Below, piece after piece: positions 13,338 to 26,384 of a DNA stretch of 64,000 nucleotides. The DNA is from Octopus vulgaris (lineage: Eukaryota): contig OX597815.1 in the NCBI GenBank assembly GCA_951406725.2, positions 177,072,001 to 177,136,000 on the forward strand, read 5' to 3'. Positions within the stretch are counted from its first letter, which is position 1. Each line of letters starts with the position of its first letter. Under the pieces are notes generated by a model that saw only the letters and a program-made list of their open reading frames with translations, did no database searches and had not been told where the DNA came from. Made by a program: the position numbers and the translations under genes.

Positions 13338-13659
13338 TCTATCGTATTTGGGGAGAGTCATTTTCTTTTTGTGTCTTATTATGTAACACACTCACCGGTA
13401 AAATTTCTGTTTTTCTTCTTTTTATTGTCCTAAAATTTTCGTTGCGTCTTGCAACCTGTTCAATAGTTTTTGAGAGATTGGAAAGGTTGCAAGACACAAC
13501 GAAAATTTTAGGACAATAAAAAGAAGAACGTGGAAATTTTACCGGTGAGTGTGTTACATAAGACACAAAAAGAAAATGACTCTCCCCAGACACAATAGAA
13601 TATGCTTCAACACACGAACTCATATAAAGAATCTTGCAAACCAAATCCCAAAACGAATC
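13338..13659. mobile_element. Palindromic (fold-back) element with 11-bp TSD
   Basis: Arms ~13349-13459 and ~13483-13587 are reverse complements; ataattctggt duplicated at 13327-13337 and 13660-13670. Confidence 0.85.
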
Positions 13660-13694
13660 ATAATTCTGGTATCATATAGCATAGAGTGAAATAG

Positions 13695-13836
13695 GTTTGA
13701 AATTCCCCCAAGACACCTGATGAAGGCTTGGAGGGTTTATCAATCGAAACGTTGGGTTAACAACAAACAAGATGAGGATAAATTTGTCACATGTAAATAA
13801 TGTACATCATTCCTCGTCTCTTAAATATAGAACTGT
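13695..13836 (+). mobile_element. 5'-truncated arm of the tRNA-head/HHR element; HHR at 13712-13758
   Basis: gacac-CTGATGA-a-ggcttg...caatc-GAAAC-GTT-gggtt; ends aaatatagaactgt like the other copies. Confidence 0.8.
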
Positions 13837-14059
13837 ATAGTAAAAGCAATTTTACATTTATCTGAAGGCGCGTAAAGATTATTGTTCTTAAAAGAATATT
13901 ATGGACAGTAACTTGGAAGTTACGCGGCTAGTTAATCTATCGTCTGATGAAAGCTTACTAGGCGAAACTTCGACGTCACATATACATACATATACACATT
14001 ATATATATAACGTCTATGAAGTCAGAAGAAGTCAGTGGCAACGTGTTCTCTTTCAAAAT

Positions 14060-14262
14060 GGCTGAATCGTTGCATCACAGCACAAAAGTCTTCACGTGAT
14101 TCCTTTCCTGTTTTACGTTCTGAATTTGAATTCCTTCGAGGTCAACTTGCCTTTGTCGATTTGGATCTATAAATTAAGTACCACTGAAGCACTAGATTCG
14201 ATTAGTCGGTCACCCCGCCCCTTCCCCTTAAACTCGGACCTTTTGCCTAAAGGACAAGGAAA
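14060..14262 (+). mobile_element. Degenerate SINE family A
   Basis: acgttctgaatttgaattcc..gaggtcaacttgccttt..aaattaagtacc. Confidence 0.65.
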
Positions 14263-14683
14263 GGAATATATCCTCTTCTAATAAATACGAACAGTTTTTC
14301 AAGCTTTTCTGTTCTTGGAGTGGCAATTAACTACACATCGGTTTAAAGTACTTCCTTCACGACTTCGGCTACTTTTCTTTGCAATGAAGTATGTTGATCG
14401 ATTGAACAATCATGTCGAATTTTAAGATTATGCACGACTTTGTAGTTATTTAAGAAATCTAGAATGGCTTTGGCATAAAATAAAACACTATTGTATTGAT
14501 TAGGGGACATGTGTGATTGCATCTCGCGGACCAATCTGTGCCGTTGCTTTCCGTCTTGACTTTCTGCTTCTAAAGGGGTCAAGTGAGCTTGGATTTTATA
14601 TTTGTAATTGAAAATCTTAACCGAATACTTAACTCTCTGTATCTCCGTCTCCCGCCCTCCCTTTCTGCCCTCCCACTTTCTGC

Positions 14684-14684
<1 letters not shown>

Positions 14685-14719
<35 letters not shown>

Positions 14720-14789
14720 ATACATATACATACGTATACATACATACATATGTACATACATACATATATATATACATATATGTACATAG

Positions 14790-14822
<33 letters not shown>

Positions 14823-15075
14823 CATATATGTACATACACATACATACATACATATATATATACATATATGTACATACTCATACATACATATATATACATA
14901 CATATACACATTCATATACATACATATATATATATATATACATACATATACACATTCATATACATACATATATACATACATAATATACGTACATAGATAT
15001 ACATATATATATATACATGCATATATATATACATGCATATATATACATGCATATATTTGTATATACACACATATA
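14685..15075. repeat. TA/CATA microsatellite
   Basis: Low-complexity array. Confidence 0.95.
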
Positions 15076-15702
15076 CTCTCAAATAGATAGCTAGCTATAG
15101 ATAAGAACACATACAAACACGCGCACGCATGCTTACATATCATGGTCGTCAGTGTCTTGTTGTCAAGGGTAAAATTCAGTTGGAGAAAGAGTGATGCAGT
15201 TCTGTAAGTAGAGTCTTAGTAAAGCCATTGAGAAGGATGCACTGTTACTTCTCTCGTAACTGCACTGTTTTCATAGAAGAACAGATTTTTCAACAATGTC
15301 GATAGATTTACGCTTCCTGCAGTATGAATGCAGTCTCTCCATTCATTCTCTTTGTTACAAATGTTGACAATATTGGAAAGAAACAGAAATAAATAATAAT
15401 AAATGAACGGAATCTATAAAGAAAGAATACGAGAAACAAAAATTGATGAAAGTGTCACGAATATATTGAATTTAAGTTGAGATTTTATCTATTTCTTGCA
15501 ATTATACTTGTTTTTACTTGAAGGGAGAGAGGGAGAGAGAGAAAGAGAGAAAATGAGTGAGAGATAGAGAGAAGTTTAATAGGAATGAGAGAAAGCGAGC
15601 TGTGACACATTTAAAAAGAAATGAACATAGCATCTCTATTGTTATAAATACATGGCATTTCATGTGTGACAAACATAAATGAATAAAATCAAAGAAAACC
15701 GT

Positions 15703-15734
<32 letters not shown>

Positions 15735-17573
15735 TCATTAATGCTCCGAGAGTCTTTCTTTTACGAACTGCTGAGTGTTACACGTTTGAACCCATTTCCC
15801 TGCGGCGAGTAAACTTTAGAATAAATAATGATATTTGATTTTTAATTATATTTTTGATAATGTCATGTTTTGCCTACCCTGCAAAAGTGTTGAATGTATG
15901 AACGCGTAATTTGTACTCAGGGATGGATAATTTATATTAACATTCTTTTTCCAGTTGGAAATATCAAATACAGATGCGCAATAGTTTCACAAATAGACGT
16001 ACAGTGGTGTTGTTTAAGCATGAATATATTCCACTACCGGAATTGCATAGGCACGCTTCACAACGATATGCTTATTTATCAGTGGGTTACGGTTTTTAGC
16101 CTTATCAAAGTGTAAGTGGTTGGCGAAAGGGCAGAAAAAAAAAAGTGAAAGAGAAATAAAAAATATTTCATTAATTAATGTTTATTTCTGCGAACGTTTC
16201 CACTGGAGGCAATTATTGATAAAAAAAAGGAAACAAGAACGATACGTAAAATACAGGCATTACTAATATACTCTCAGAAATTTCAAACTTACAACAGTAA
16301 GTAGCACATCATTTTTGGGGCAATAACAGACAACAGAAAAATCACACGAATACAACTGTAATAAAACGTCCTCAGCACACATGGTGTAACTAATTACTAT
16401 ATCTTTGATTAGTGAGAACTACAAATACACACACGCCTTATATTTACACCCACGCGTCTATGGAGTTGGCTGCCTCTAGTGTAATATTTTCGCTGTGCAA
16501 GTAATAATACAGTTATTTTTTACAAGCATAAAAACCGTTGTAGAAGGAAGAGATGTGAAGGGGTTTGTCATGCGATATATACTGCATTATTACGTACAAT
16601 GTATCATATGCTGCAAATAATATATTATTAGAACGACATTACATACAGAATAGAATATAATTTAGAATAGTTGCTCTTTGCCAAAAAAAAAAAAAAAAGA
16701 AAAAACAATTTTAAGTACGGATCTGGAGAAAGAAAATATATTTTTGAGTGCTTTGTTGTGCATTGTGAAATGGAAGTACAAAACAGTACGATTCCTGTTG
16801 CTGTTCAATAACATAATATTTTCAAGTAGATATCTATGATCCGATGACAGACCAGTGTGAGCCTAGCAGATGAGAAAATTCACTTGCTAAGTCCCGGATG
16901 TAAAAATATTCAGGATATCCTTATAAAAATGTGTCTGTATCTTGTTCCGAAAATAGTGAAACACAGGATAAATCATGTGAAACGTATGATAAATTATGTG
17001 AAACAATCGTATTATTGGAATTCGCATAGCAATAGAACAGACTCTAAAACTTGCAATATCTGATACAATATTGTCTGCCTCGTAGTATATTTGTATACAA
17101 GAGAAAAAATATTTTGTAACTGATAAATTGTTATACCTCGTACTTCAAATTTACATACAAGGTTTTTAACAAAAATATATTCACACATCGAATGATGTAC
17201 CACTACGCGCAGATGATAGCAAATTTTTTGACATATCGTAAGGAAAGAAATATGTAATTATCATGGCCTTTACAAATACAGATTTGTTTCATATTTATAG
17301 AAATTTAACCTCTTATAGTACAACGAATAAACTATATTTCTGATCTCAGTACAAATATAGAAATTGATGCTTGGGTCAAAACCCTCGGACGAAATGCCAC
17401 TAAGCTTAATAAAAAGCCTTGATAATAATAATAACACTTTTATTGGCCACAAGGGCTGAACAAAAGCAGGGACGATATAATACAAGGAACAAATGGGGTG
17501 TTGAACAATGCCGTGTATACAATAATTAACAAAGTAGGTACTGAGCGGTCCTAGCGTTATTATTATTATTATT

Positions 17574-17780
17574 AGGAGAGCTGCCAGAATCGTTAGCATG
17601 CTGGACGAAATACTTAGCGGTATTTCTCCCGTTCCTACGTTCTGAGTTCAAATTCCGCCGAGGTCGACTATATATAGTCGGGGTCGATAAATTAAGTAGC
17701 AGTGAAACACTTGGGTCGATGTAATCGACTAGGACTCCTCCCACAAATTTCCGGCCTTGTGACCATAGTAGAAAGGATTG
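17574..17780 (+). mobile_element. SINE family A (internal deletion)
   Basis: gagctgccagaatcgttagc ... ttctgagttcaaattccgccgaggtcgac ... ggggtcgataaattaagta. Confidence 0.85.
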
Positions 17781-17804
17781 TTGTTTTTGTTGTTATTTTT
17801 GTTA

Positions 17805-18078
17805 CAATCAGGTTGTTCCTGTTGTCATCAGAACAATGAGTTCAATCCCACCCAACATAAAGGAACATCTGGACCTTCTAGAAATAACTTAGAATCTTGG
17901 CGTATTCCAAAAATCGGTTTTACTTGTAACTGCACGCATACCGCGTAAAGTCGACTCAGGTTCTTGTTATGACTTGACAGTTAAAGCCCCCGGTATACGC
18001 AATATATTCAAGCTACAACATTACAATAGTGGTTTACTGTACGACGTCTTGAATAATGATGATGATAATAATGATAAT
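17805..18078 (+). mobile_element. R4/Dong-clade LINE 3' end (REL domain end, 3'UTR, AAT/GAT tail)
   Basis: Translates VVPVVIRTMSSIP...VFQKSVLLVTARIPRKV, similar to the V.P...GALG...QK..LLGTA.ILRK motif. Confidence 0.7.
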
Positions 18079-18082
18079 CGTA

Positions 18083-18612
18083 AATGTCCTCATGCAGTGC
18101 CAGTCACTGGCTCTCCTGGCTTCTCATCTTAACTGATTGGAAGTGTTATCACGTACATGTTTTGTCTTGATATAAAGAATGGGTTACAACAAATATTCTG
18201 GTCAATACAACATATTTGCTGGTCACTTGCTTGACCATAACCAGTTGAGCAAAGCGGCTGACAATATGTTCATCTCTGATGCAGAAGTAGTGGAGGAGCA
18301 TCATAGTCATCTGTTGAGAGGCATTCTTTGGGGTTTAAAAACTTCACCTCTGGAGACATGGGTGTTTTATTAAACATCTTTAAGATACCCTTATTCACGG
18401 AACTTTTGAACGAGATCGGATACTCGACCTGAAGAAAATTCTGACTGGGCCCCACCTGCAAGGTCATGTACCGTTTATCTTGATATGAGATCACCATGTT
18501 GCGCACATCTGCCTGGTGTACCCTTATTAGACGGGTAATCATGATGGGTATATAGGGCTTCGTGTATTTTACCCCAGTGTCACTTTAATGGCATGCGCTG
18601 CTCTCTCACTCA

Positions 18613-18654
<42 letters not shown>
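18083..18654 (+). mobile_element. ~570-bp non-coding retroposon with (AAT)n tail
   Basis: Homologous to 61428-62001 and 60945-61427; ends ctctctcactcag(taa)n. Confidence 0.85.
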
Positions 18655-18655
<1 letters not shown>

Positions 18656-19212
18656 GACAATAAACCATGTGATTATATCTTGCAACCTTAGCATTGACAA
18701 AACTTTAGTACAAACGGTAGAATGAGGGAGACATTTACTCTGTTGTACGTAAACTATACTTCTTTTGCATTCCAGACATCGGAGGTGAATAGAATTGCAT
18801 AAGTTAAATACTAAAGCAAATATAATTGGCATCTCCCGCATCTCTTGCTTTCCGAACTTTTTTAGCCGTGTTTCTATCGCAGAAATCATGATTTTAATTA
18901 TGATATTTCAACGCTTAAGAAAATGTTTATGTTGAAGAGTAAAGTTTATGCCTCAAGCATTTTATTGTTTATATATTAATGATATTTGTGTCGTAACCTC
19001 AGGGAATGATGCTTTTACTCCCCATCTTGTGTTGTTGTTTTTATTAGGCAATGTGACATGCTGAGATTTTGTGTATATTGATAAACGACGGTAAGATGCG
19101 AAAGAGAATCTGAGGAGTATAAACTATGAAATTGTCGTAGTATGCATGCAGTCGGACGTACGTATAGTCATGCACGCACATATGTAACCACACGAACACA
19201 CACACAAGCTCC

Positions 19213-19304
<92 letters not shown>

Positions 19305-19747
19305 ACAAATGTACGTATCCAAGGTTCAGTCTCACTACATGGCACCTTGGGCCGACCATATCCTTGTGAGTGGATTTGGTAAACGGAAACTGAAAGAAGC
19401 ACATCGTATGTATGTATGTATGTATGTATATATGTATATATATAAAGCAGAAAATGGAGAAAACTTTCGATCAAACAAATTGACAAACATCGGTTAATTA
19501 TTTTTTTATACAAAACTATAACATCGCTTATGGCCGTTTCAGCTACCAATATATCAGACGTTGTCCCCAAAGGAACTTCCGAAGATAATGTTCGTCATAT
19601 TTATAGCCCTTCCGATCTAGTACATGGAGCTTCATCAGTCAATACAAATATATAAATTAAAAGATGTGGGAAGAGGAAAGAACATGACCTCGAGATGAGG
19701 AAAGAAGGTTCAATATCCCTTAGACTGTTATTTCAACCACTAAATTT

Positions 19748-19768
19748 ACCTACCTACCTACCTACCTA

Positions 19769-19808
<40 letters not shown>

Positions 19809-19893
19809 CATGCATGCATACATACATGCATACATGCATGCATACATACATACATGCATACATGCATACATACATACATACATACATACATAC
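19748..19893. repeat. Graded tetranucleotide microsatellite (CCTA)n-(CCTG)n-(CATG/CATA)n
   Basis: Directly visible. Confidence 0.95.
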
Positions 19894-19929
19894 ATAAAAA
19901 ATATATATCGGGTGTATATATGTGTGTGC

Positions 19930-20120
19930 GTGTGTGTATGTGTCTTCGCCCACCACCGCTTGAAAACTAGTATTTGAGCGTTTACGTCCCCGTAATGTAG
20001 CGGTTCGGCAAAAGTACCCGTCTTAAAACGTAATTTACTCTGGTCGATTAGTTCGATTACGATTCTTGAAGGCGGTGTCCCAGCATGGCCTCAGTCTCAT
20101 GACGGAAACAAGTAAAAGCT
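19930..20120 (+). mobile_element. SINE family B 3' half (a 5' half lies at 19320-19410)
   Basis: tttacgtccccgtaatgtagcggttcggcaaaag ... ggcggtgtcccagcatggcc ... gaaacaagtaaaag. Confidence 0.8.
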
Positions 20121-20261
20121 TAAAAGATATTAATGTGTGTTCATATGCATGCAAAGAGAATGAGAGAGGTAGAGAAGGATAACGAAATATATAATGATAA
20201 TAAAACATAACGAGAAATAAATCCGAATATAGACGAGCGAATAATAGCGTCATATTAGATT

Positions 20262-20597
20262 AGGCTCAGTGGTTAGAGCGTCGAGCTTACGATCGTGAGG
20301 TTGTGAGCTCGAATCCCGGACCGGGCTGCGTGTTGTGTTCTTGAGCAAGGCACTTTATTTCACGTTGCTCCAGTTTACTCAGCTGTAGAAATGAGTTGCG
20401 ACGTCACTGGTGCCAAGCTGTATCGACCTTTGTCTTTCCCTTGGATAACACTGGTGGCGTGGAGAGGGGAGGCTGGTATGCATGGGCGACTGCTGGTCTT
20501 CCATAAACAACCTTGCCCGGACTTGTGTCTAGGAGGGTAACTTTCTAGGTGCAATCCCATGGTCATTCATGACCGAAGGGGGTCTTTACCCTTTACC
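20262..20597 (+). mobile_element. tRNA-derived SINE family C, full length
   Basis: A box GGCTCAGTGGTTAGAGC, B box GAGCTCGAATCCC, core ttgtgttcttgagcaaggcacttta, tail (ctttacc)2. Confidence 0.88.
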
Positions 20598-21141
20598 TCT
20601 GGATATTTCACTGCCAGTTTTTATAGTGCATTATCAGGAATAAACGCCTTCCCTTTCGGTAATAACTTATTGTCACGTGCTCTCCTAATGCTTAGATGAG
20701 TTTCTTAGTGCTTATTTTGTCATACTGGGATGATTTAGTAATTGGAATTTCTTGTGTATGTTTGTCTTTGTTCAGTTTTATTTCAAGATTTCTTGACAAT
20801 AGAGAAAGAGCCGGTTTTTAACCTAGGTTCAAGGTTCATTCGTACGAATCTATGTTCGTCTGTATGTATTCATTTTTGCGTGTGTATCGATGTGTGTGTT
20901 TGTGTTTGCAGTGAGCTTTTTCTCCCATATTAGGAAGCGTAAAATGGTATAGAGATATACAGATGAGACAGATGAATAGAGAGATAAATGCAGTGGCACA
21001 TACACGCGAACGCTGACCGCTAGAATCACAATATTCAATAATGGATGTATACGCAGGTAAGAAAATGTTGGCTCTCATGGTATTGATGGTGGTGACAGAC
21101 ACACACATAGTCTCTCTCTCTCTATATATATATATACATGT

Positions 21142-21191
<50 letters not shown>

Positions 21192-21265
21192 GAGCGCATA
21201 AGAGTAAAACCAGGGAGAGAAAAATAGTATTCGAATATCAAACGTAGAGAGTTATGATAATTCAC

Positions 21266-21305
21266 AACCATCCGACGAACGGGAACGTGAAACTGAGTAA
21301 CCGTT
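21266..21305 (+). ncRNA. Minimal hammerhead-like motif (U4C variant, weak stem I)
   Basis: aaccat-CCGACGA-acg-GGAA-cgt-GAAAC-tga-GTA-accgtt between TA tracts. Confidence 0.45.
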
Positions 21306-21338
21306 CTGTGATAGTTTCTTTTTGTGTGTATGAATGTG

Positions 21339-21370
<32 letters not shown>

Positions 21371-21374
21371 TATA

Positions 21375-21682
21375 GGCGTTGGAGTGGCTGTGTGGTAAGT
21401 AGCTTGCTTACCAACCACATGGTTCCGGGTTCAGTCCCACTGCGTGGCACCTTGGCCAAGTGTTTTCTACTATATCCTCGGGCCGACTAAAGCCTTATAA
21501 GTGGATTTCGTAGACGAAAACTGAAAGAAGCCCGTCGCATATATATATATATATATGTGTGTGTTTGTCCGCCAACATCACTTGACAACCGATGCTGGTG
21601 TGTTTACTTCCCCATAACTTAGCGGTTCGGCAAAAGAGACAGATAGAATAAGTCCTGGGCTTACAAAGAATAAGCCTTGGGC
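21375..21682 (+). mobile_element. SINE family B with internal TA/TG microsatellite
   Basis: ggagtggctgtgtggtaagtagcttgc...gggttcagtccc (tRNA-like boxes), body repeated about 10 times in the window. Confidence 0.9.
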
Positions 21683-21734
21683 CATGCAATAGTAAGTACT
21701 CGGTTAAAATACGTTGGTACACATCCAGTAGTAT

Positions 21735-22335
21735 ATTGGATATTTACTATAAACCTTCCGGTTCAGAGAAAAAGGTGTCATCATTCCACTTTTCTCCTCC
21801 TTTGTACGGCCACAACTCGAATACTGTAGCACCTCTTGGTCTCCCCACACGAAACAAAACATCTTGAGGATTGAATCACCCAAGAGGGCACTCACTAAAC
21901 GGATTGAAGGCATGACTGATCTCGATTACTGGGACCGCCTTAAAGACTTGAAACTCTACTCTCTCCAGCGCCGCCGCGAGAGTACATGATTTGTAAGATG
22001 TGGAGAACATACCGCCAGCATTGCCCAAACGACCTGAACATTAGTTTCAAGGTTCATCTAAGGCTGGGACCACGGGCCATACGTCCCCTGCCCAATTCAG
22101 GATCACAACATATAGGTACACTGCGACATAATTTCTTTTCCTCGACAGGCTCTGCCCCGCTTAACATTGTCCCAAAACCGATTAAAGAGGAAAAGGAATC
22201 TGGACATATTTCTTCAAGGAAAAGCAGATAAGCCATCCATACCTGGATACAACTCACTCAACAAGAACTCACTACTTGAATGGACCAGAAGGTAGACATG
22301 GCCCGGGCCAATCTTTGGTCGAAACATATCTAAGT
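21735..22335 (+). mobile_element. CR1-group LINE ORF2 3' fragment (frameshifted)
   Basis: LFSSFVRPQLEYCSTSWSPHTKQNILRIESPKRALTKRIEGMTDLDYWDRLKDLKLYSLQRRRE, a classic CR1 post-RT motif. Confidence 0.92.
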
Positions 22336-22350
22336 TTATCTCTGTCTCTC

Positions 22351-22451
<101 letters not shown>

Positions 22452-23899
22452 TATAAGGAGAATGAATTAACTAGTCTTTCATCTCTCTCTCTCTCTCTCT
22501 GTATCTTTTTTCCATTCTCCATTGTCAACACCGATGCCATCGGTGCTGTCACCACCACCCCCATAACAGCCAAACCATCCGCTCACATCTCTACTGTTAC
22601 CACAACAACCAATAGTCTTACTATATGAGTTATCTCCCTTAACGTTATACAGTTTACAAAGATAGGAACACAGTTGTTATACAGATGTTGCTTGAATTGT
22701 GGAAGAGGTTTTCAGAGAAACATCGAATGCCTGTAATTAGATTTCACATAGAAAAAGTACCTGCATTAACATAATACTGGGAGGATATCTCGAACTATGA
22801 GGAAAGAAATGAAAATGATCAACGTAGAGATAATTATACTTCCATGGATACAGGCTAGCATAATAATCTCAATCTAATTTTCTTCGGTTTACGAACAATA
22901 CAAGATATTAACGATGGGGGTATCCTACACATCACTGATCAACTCATATTTATAATCAGTTGTACTTCTTTTAATAACGAGCTTATCAAACCGTCTTCTG
23001 GTATTAAAATATTACATTTTCATTATTTTATGCAGTTCCCTCCAGGAACGGATTTAGGCACTGCATTCAGCCATCTTGTATAATATATATATTTACCATT
23101 TTTTGAAATTTTCAACAACTTTCTTGATATTTGGTTTCTGTTGTAATTAGTTTTCAAGTAGATGATAATTGCCTTGTTTCTATACGTTTTTTGTCGATGC
23201 CGATGCATTGATAATTATATAATCCATTATATACAGTTGGAATTTGTATGGTGTTTTTCAAAATTATCATTCCACATTATTTTGAAGACTTAACTTAAGG
23301 GATATTTTCTTCCAACTTTACTAATTAGAAACGCGCCATTGAGGAAAATTCAGCCTTGTCGGACGACCTGACAGATATAATTGAACAGATGGCGTGGTCG
23401 TGCAAGGGTAATTTTGATTTGGAGTTAACACAATTAAAAATGACCTTGAGATAAACATTCATATTTAATTAAGAAGTATAATTGTCTATATTCTGAAAGC
23501 AACAAATACTGGATAAAAAGTCCATAAACAAATATTACGTTGAAATGATACAAATATTACGTTGAAATGATAATAAAACGAGAGGTATCTTCTGCATTCC
23601 ATTGAATAACTCTATTTGGATTCATGCTTGATAAAAGACGAAAATCTTACACGACCTTAGAATTTGTTAGAGGATATAGCAATATGGTATCAGGTCAGGG
23701 TCTGCATCAAATCTGGTGTAAGTTAGTTGGTCCCAGGAGATTTAGAAAACACAAGCGTATCAGACCTGATTTTGTACCCTTCACTTGATATGTAACTTGT
23801 GCATAGGTTGTAACATATTGTACGTCATATAATATATCACTACAGATCTGATACCGAATCGTATCAACTGTGTTAAAGTTAATACATTTAATTCAATAT

Positions 23900-24210
23900 T
23901 ATTTTATTTGTTCCTTTTTTGAGCCACGCCTGGCTCATAAGGGCCGGTTTCCCGGTTTCCTTGGCGTATAGTTTCCCCACCTAGACGAGACGCCGGTCCG
24001 TTTCAGGTGAGTTGCAAGATGCAGGAGGAAAGATTGAGAGAACATTGCGGCGAAAGAGTCAGCAGAAGTTTGCCATTACCTTCTGCCAGAACCGCATGGA
24101 GCTTAGGTGTTTCGCTCATAAACACACACATCGCCTGGTCTGAGATGCGAACCCGCGATCCCTCGACCGCAAGTCCGCTGCTCTAACCACTAAGCCATGT
24201 GCCTCCACGG
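23900..24210 (-). mobile_element. tRNA-derived SINE family E (V-domain-like 3' half)
   Basis: Minus: TGGCTTAGTGGTTAGAGC ... GGGTTCGCATCTC; 3' half ggaccggcgtctcgtctaggtgggg...ggaaaccggg; A-rich tail. Confidence 0.85.
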
Positions 24211-25273
24211 ATGTATTAACTACGACTGATGAACTATACATTTGCATACACGTAAATCAACTTGTAATAATATCATCAATGAATTATCCAACATGAATGC
24301 ATAATCTGTCTGTAAGTATTCTGATAATGCTTTAAGTTTTTTCATTTTGTGTCAGAGGTTAAGGTACCGACTGATTCCACTTAAGCAATGGATATATCCG
24401 CTGATGTCTTACAAAGAACCAGGAATCTAAAAGAAACAGTAAAAATAGATTTTGTAGCATTTCGACAAATTCCAAACGCGTCATCGTTGTGAAATGGAAA
24501 ACGAAATATTTTGGTTTCAGGAATTTTGGTTTGTACACAGAAACAATGTTTTACTTCAGCTGCGGTCTAAGTAGATGAGATATTTATATATATTCTTTTT
24601 CTGCTGGTCATAACATGAAAGATTTACTAAATAGAATTTTTATTATATGTGGAGTGATATCTGAGTTTTGAAAATTGATTTGTAGAAAAAGAAATAACAG
24701 TAAATGTTAGAAACTAATTCGGAAATGGACATTTTGAAATATAATATCCATGATTTTTGTTATCATAGTTAAAAACGGATATCACTTTTGTACAAGTTAT
24801 ACTTCCTAAAAACGTTCTAATGACATCTCTGGAATTGCCTAAAACTGCAACGGCTAAATTTGTACTTGTATAATGGGTCAATAAAACTTTCAAACAATTG
24901 ATATATATATGTATGTATGTGTGTCTGTGTGTAAATATGAAATATAACTTCAATTAAAATCATTGTGTACTTTACACTGAATCTATACATTATGATGTGA
25001 TATGATATACACACACACACACACTTGTTGATATATATGTATGTACGTATGTTTGTATATGAGAGCGACGAAGAAAGAGAGAATGAGGCTAGAGAAAGAG
25101 AAAGATTGCGAAAATTTCCAACACGTTATTGTATTTTGTTTATTTCAGTAAATTAAAAGTGTATCTCCACGTGTATTAATTGTTTTCTCTGGATGAGGTC
25201 TTGGACTATGCTAGAAACCTCAGTCAATATCCCTACAATCAAATCTATTTAAGTAATATTTGTCTCATCAGGT

Positions 25274-25324
<51 letters not shown>

Positions 25325-25682
25325 TGTGTGCGTGCGTGTGTGTGTGTGTGTGTTTGTATGTGTTTGTGTGTGCGTGTAGAGAGAGAGAAAGATATGAAAT
25401 TATTTCCAATCAAATCTGTTCGATTGTTACTAACTGCATTGATTATGAAACAGCATTCGCTCATTTATATTTTGGTTAATGTTAGAATAACATTCTTATT
25501 CAAGAAAACATCAGTCACCAATTATTTTTGCAATATTCTCTATAGTTTTTTTTCTCAATTATTCTTTAATAAAATATAATCATTGTATTATCCAAAATAT
25601 ATTCCCTTCAATTTACATTTATACATATCTATTCCTGGCATTTCAGCTCCTATGTCTCTCTCTTCAGCTATTTGTATACTAT

Positions 25683-25864
25683 TTTACTTGTTTTAGTCAT
25701 CTGACTACGGCCATGCTGGAGCATCGCCTTTCGTTGAGCAAATCGACCCTAGGACTTATTCCTTGTAAGCCTAGTACTTAATCTATCGCTCTCTTTTGCC
25801 GAACCGCTAAATTACAGGGACGTAAATACACCAGCATCCGTTGTCAAGCAATTTTGGGGGACAA

Positions 25865-25907
<43 letters not shown>

Positions 25908-26075
25908 CATATATACGACGGGCGTCTTTTAGTTTCCGTCTACCAAATCCACTCAAGGCTTTGGTCGGTCCGAGGCTATAGTAGAAGACACTTGCCCACG
26001 GTGCCACGCAGAGGGACTGAACCCGGAACCATGTGGTTGATAAGCAAGCTATTTACCATACAGTCACTCCCGCGC
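25683..26075 (-). mobile_element. SINE family B, full length
   Basis: Reverse complement of the 21375 and 19930 sequences with an internal CA/TA tract. Confidence 0.9.
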
Positions 26076-26384
26076 ATATTGTATGTATATAAGAGATATA
26101 TTAACTGGATCGTCACGGCTTGAAAGTCTTTCAGATATGTCCTTTAATAATAAGGTATTAAACAGTAATAATAAGTTATGCAGAGTTCACAATAACATGG
26201 TTTAAAATGTCAATAACTCACTTGAAATAATGCGTTGGTACAGAATTATAGTGACTGATTCAAAATTGATTACTGGAATATTTAATACCAAAATTTCCAG
26301 ACCAGCAACGAGCATCTTTCTCGTGTATATGTATTGGCTCATCTCATAAATAATGTAGTTTTCTATAGTTCGTTTATTTATCAA

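Noticed and set aside
23528-23571. 21-bp tandem duplication caaatattacgttgaaatgata
   Set aside because: Ordinary slippage duplication with no further structure
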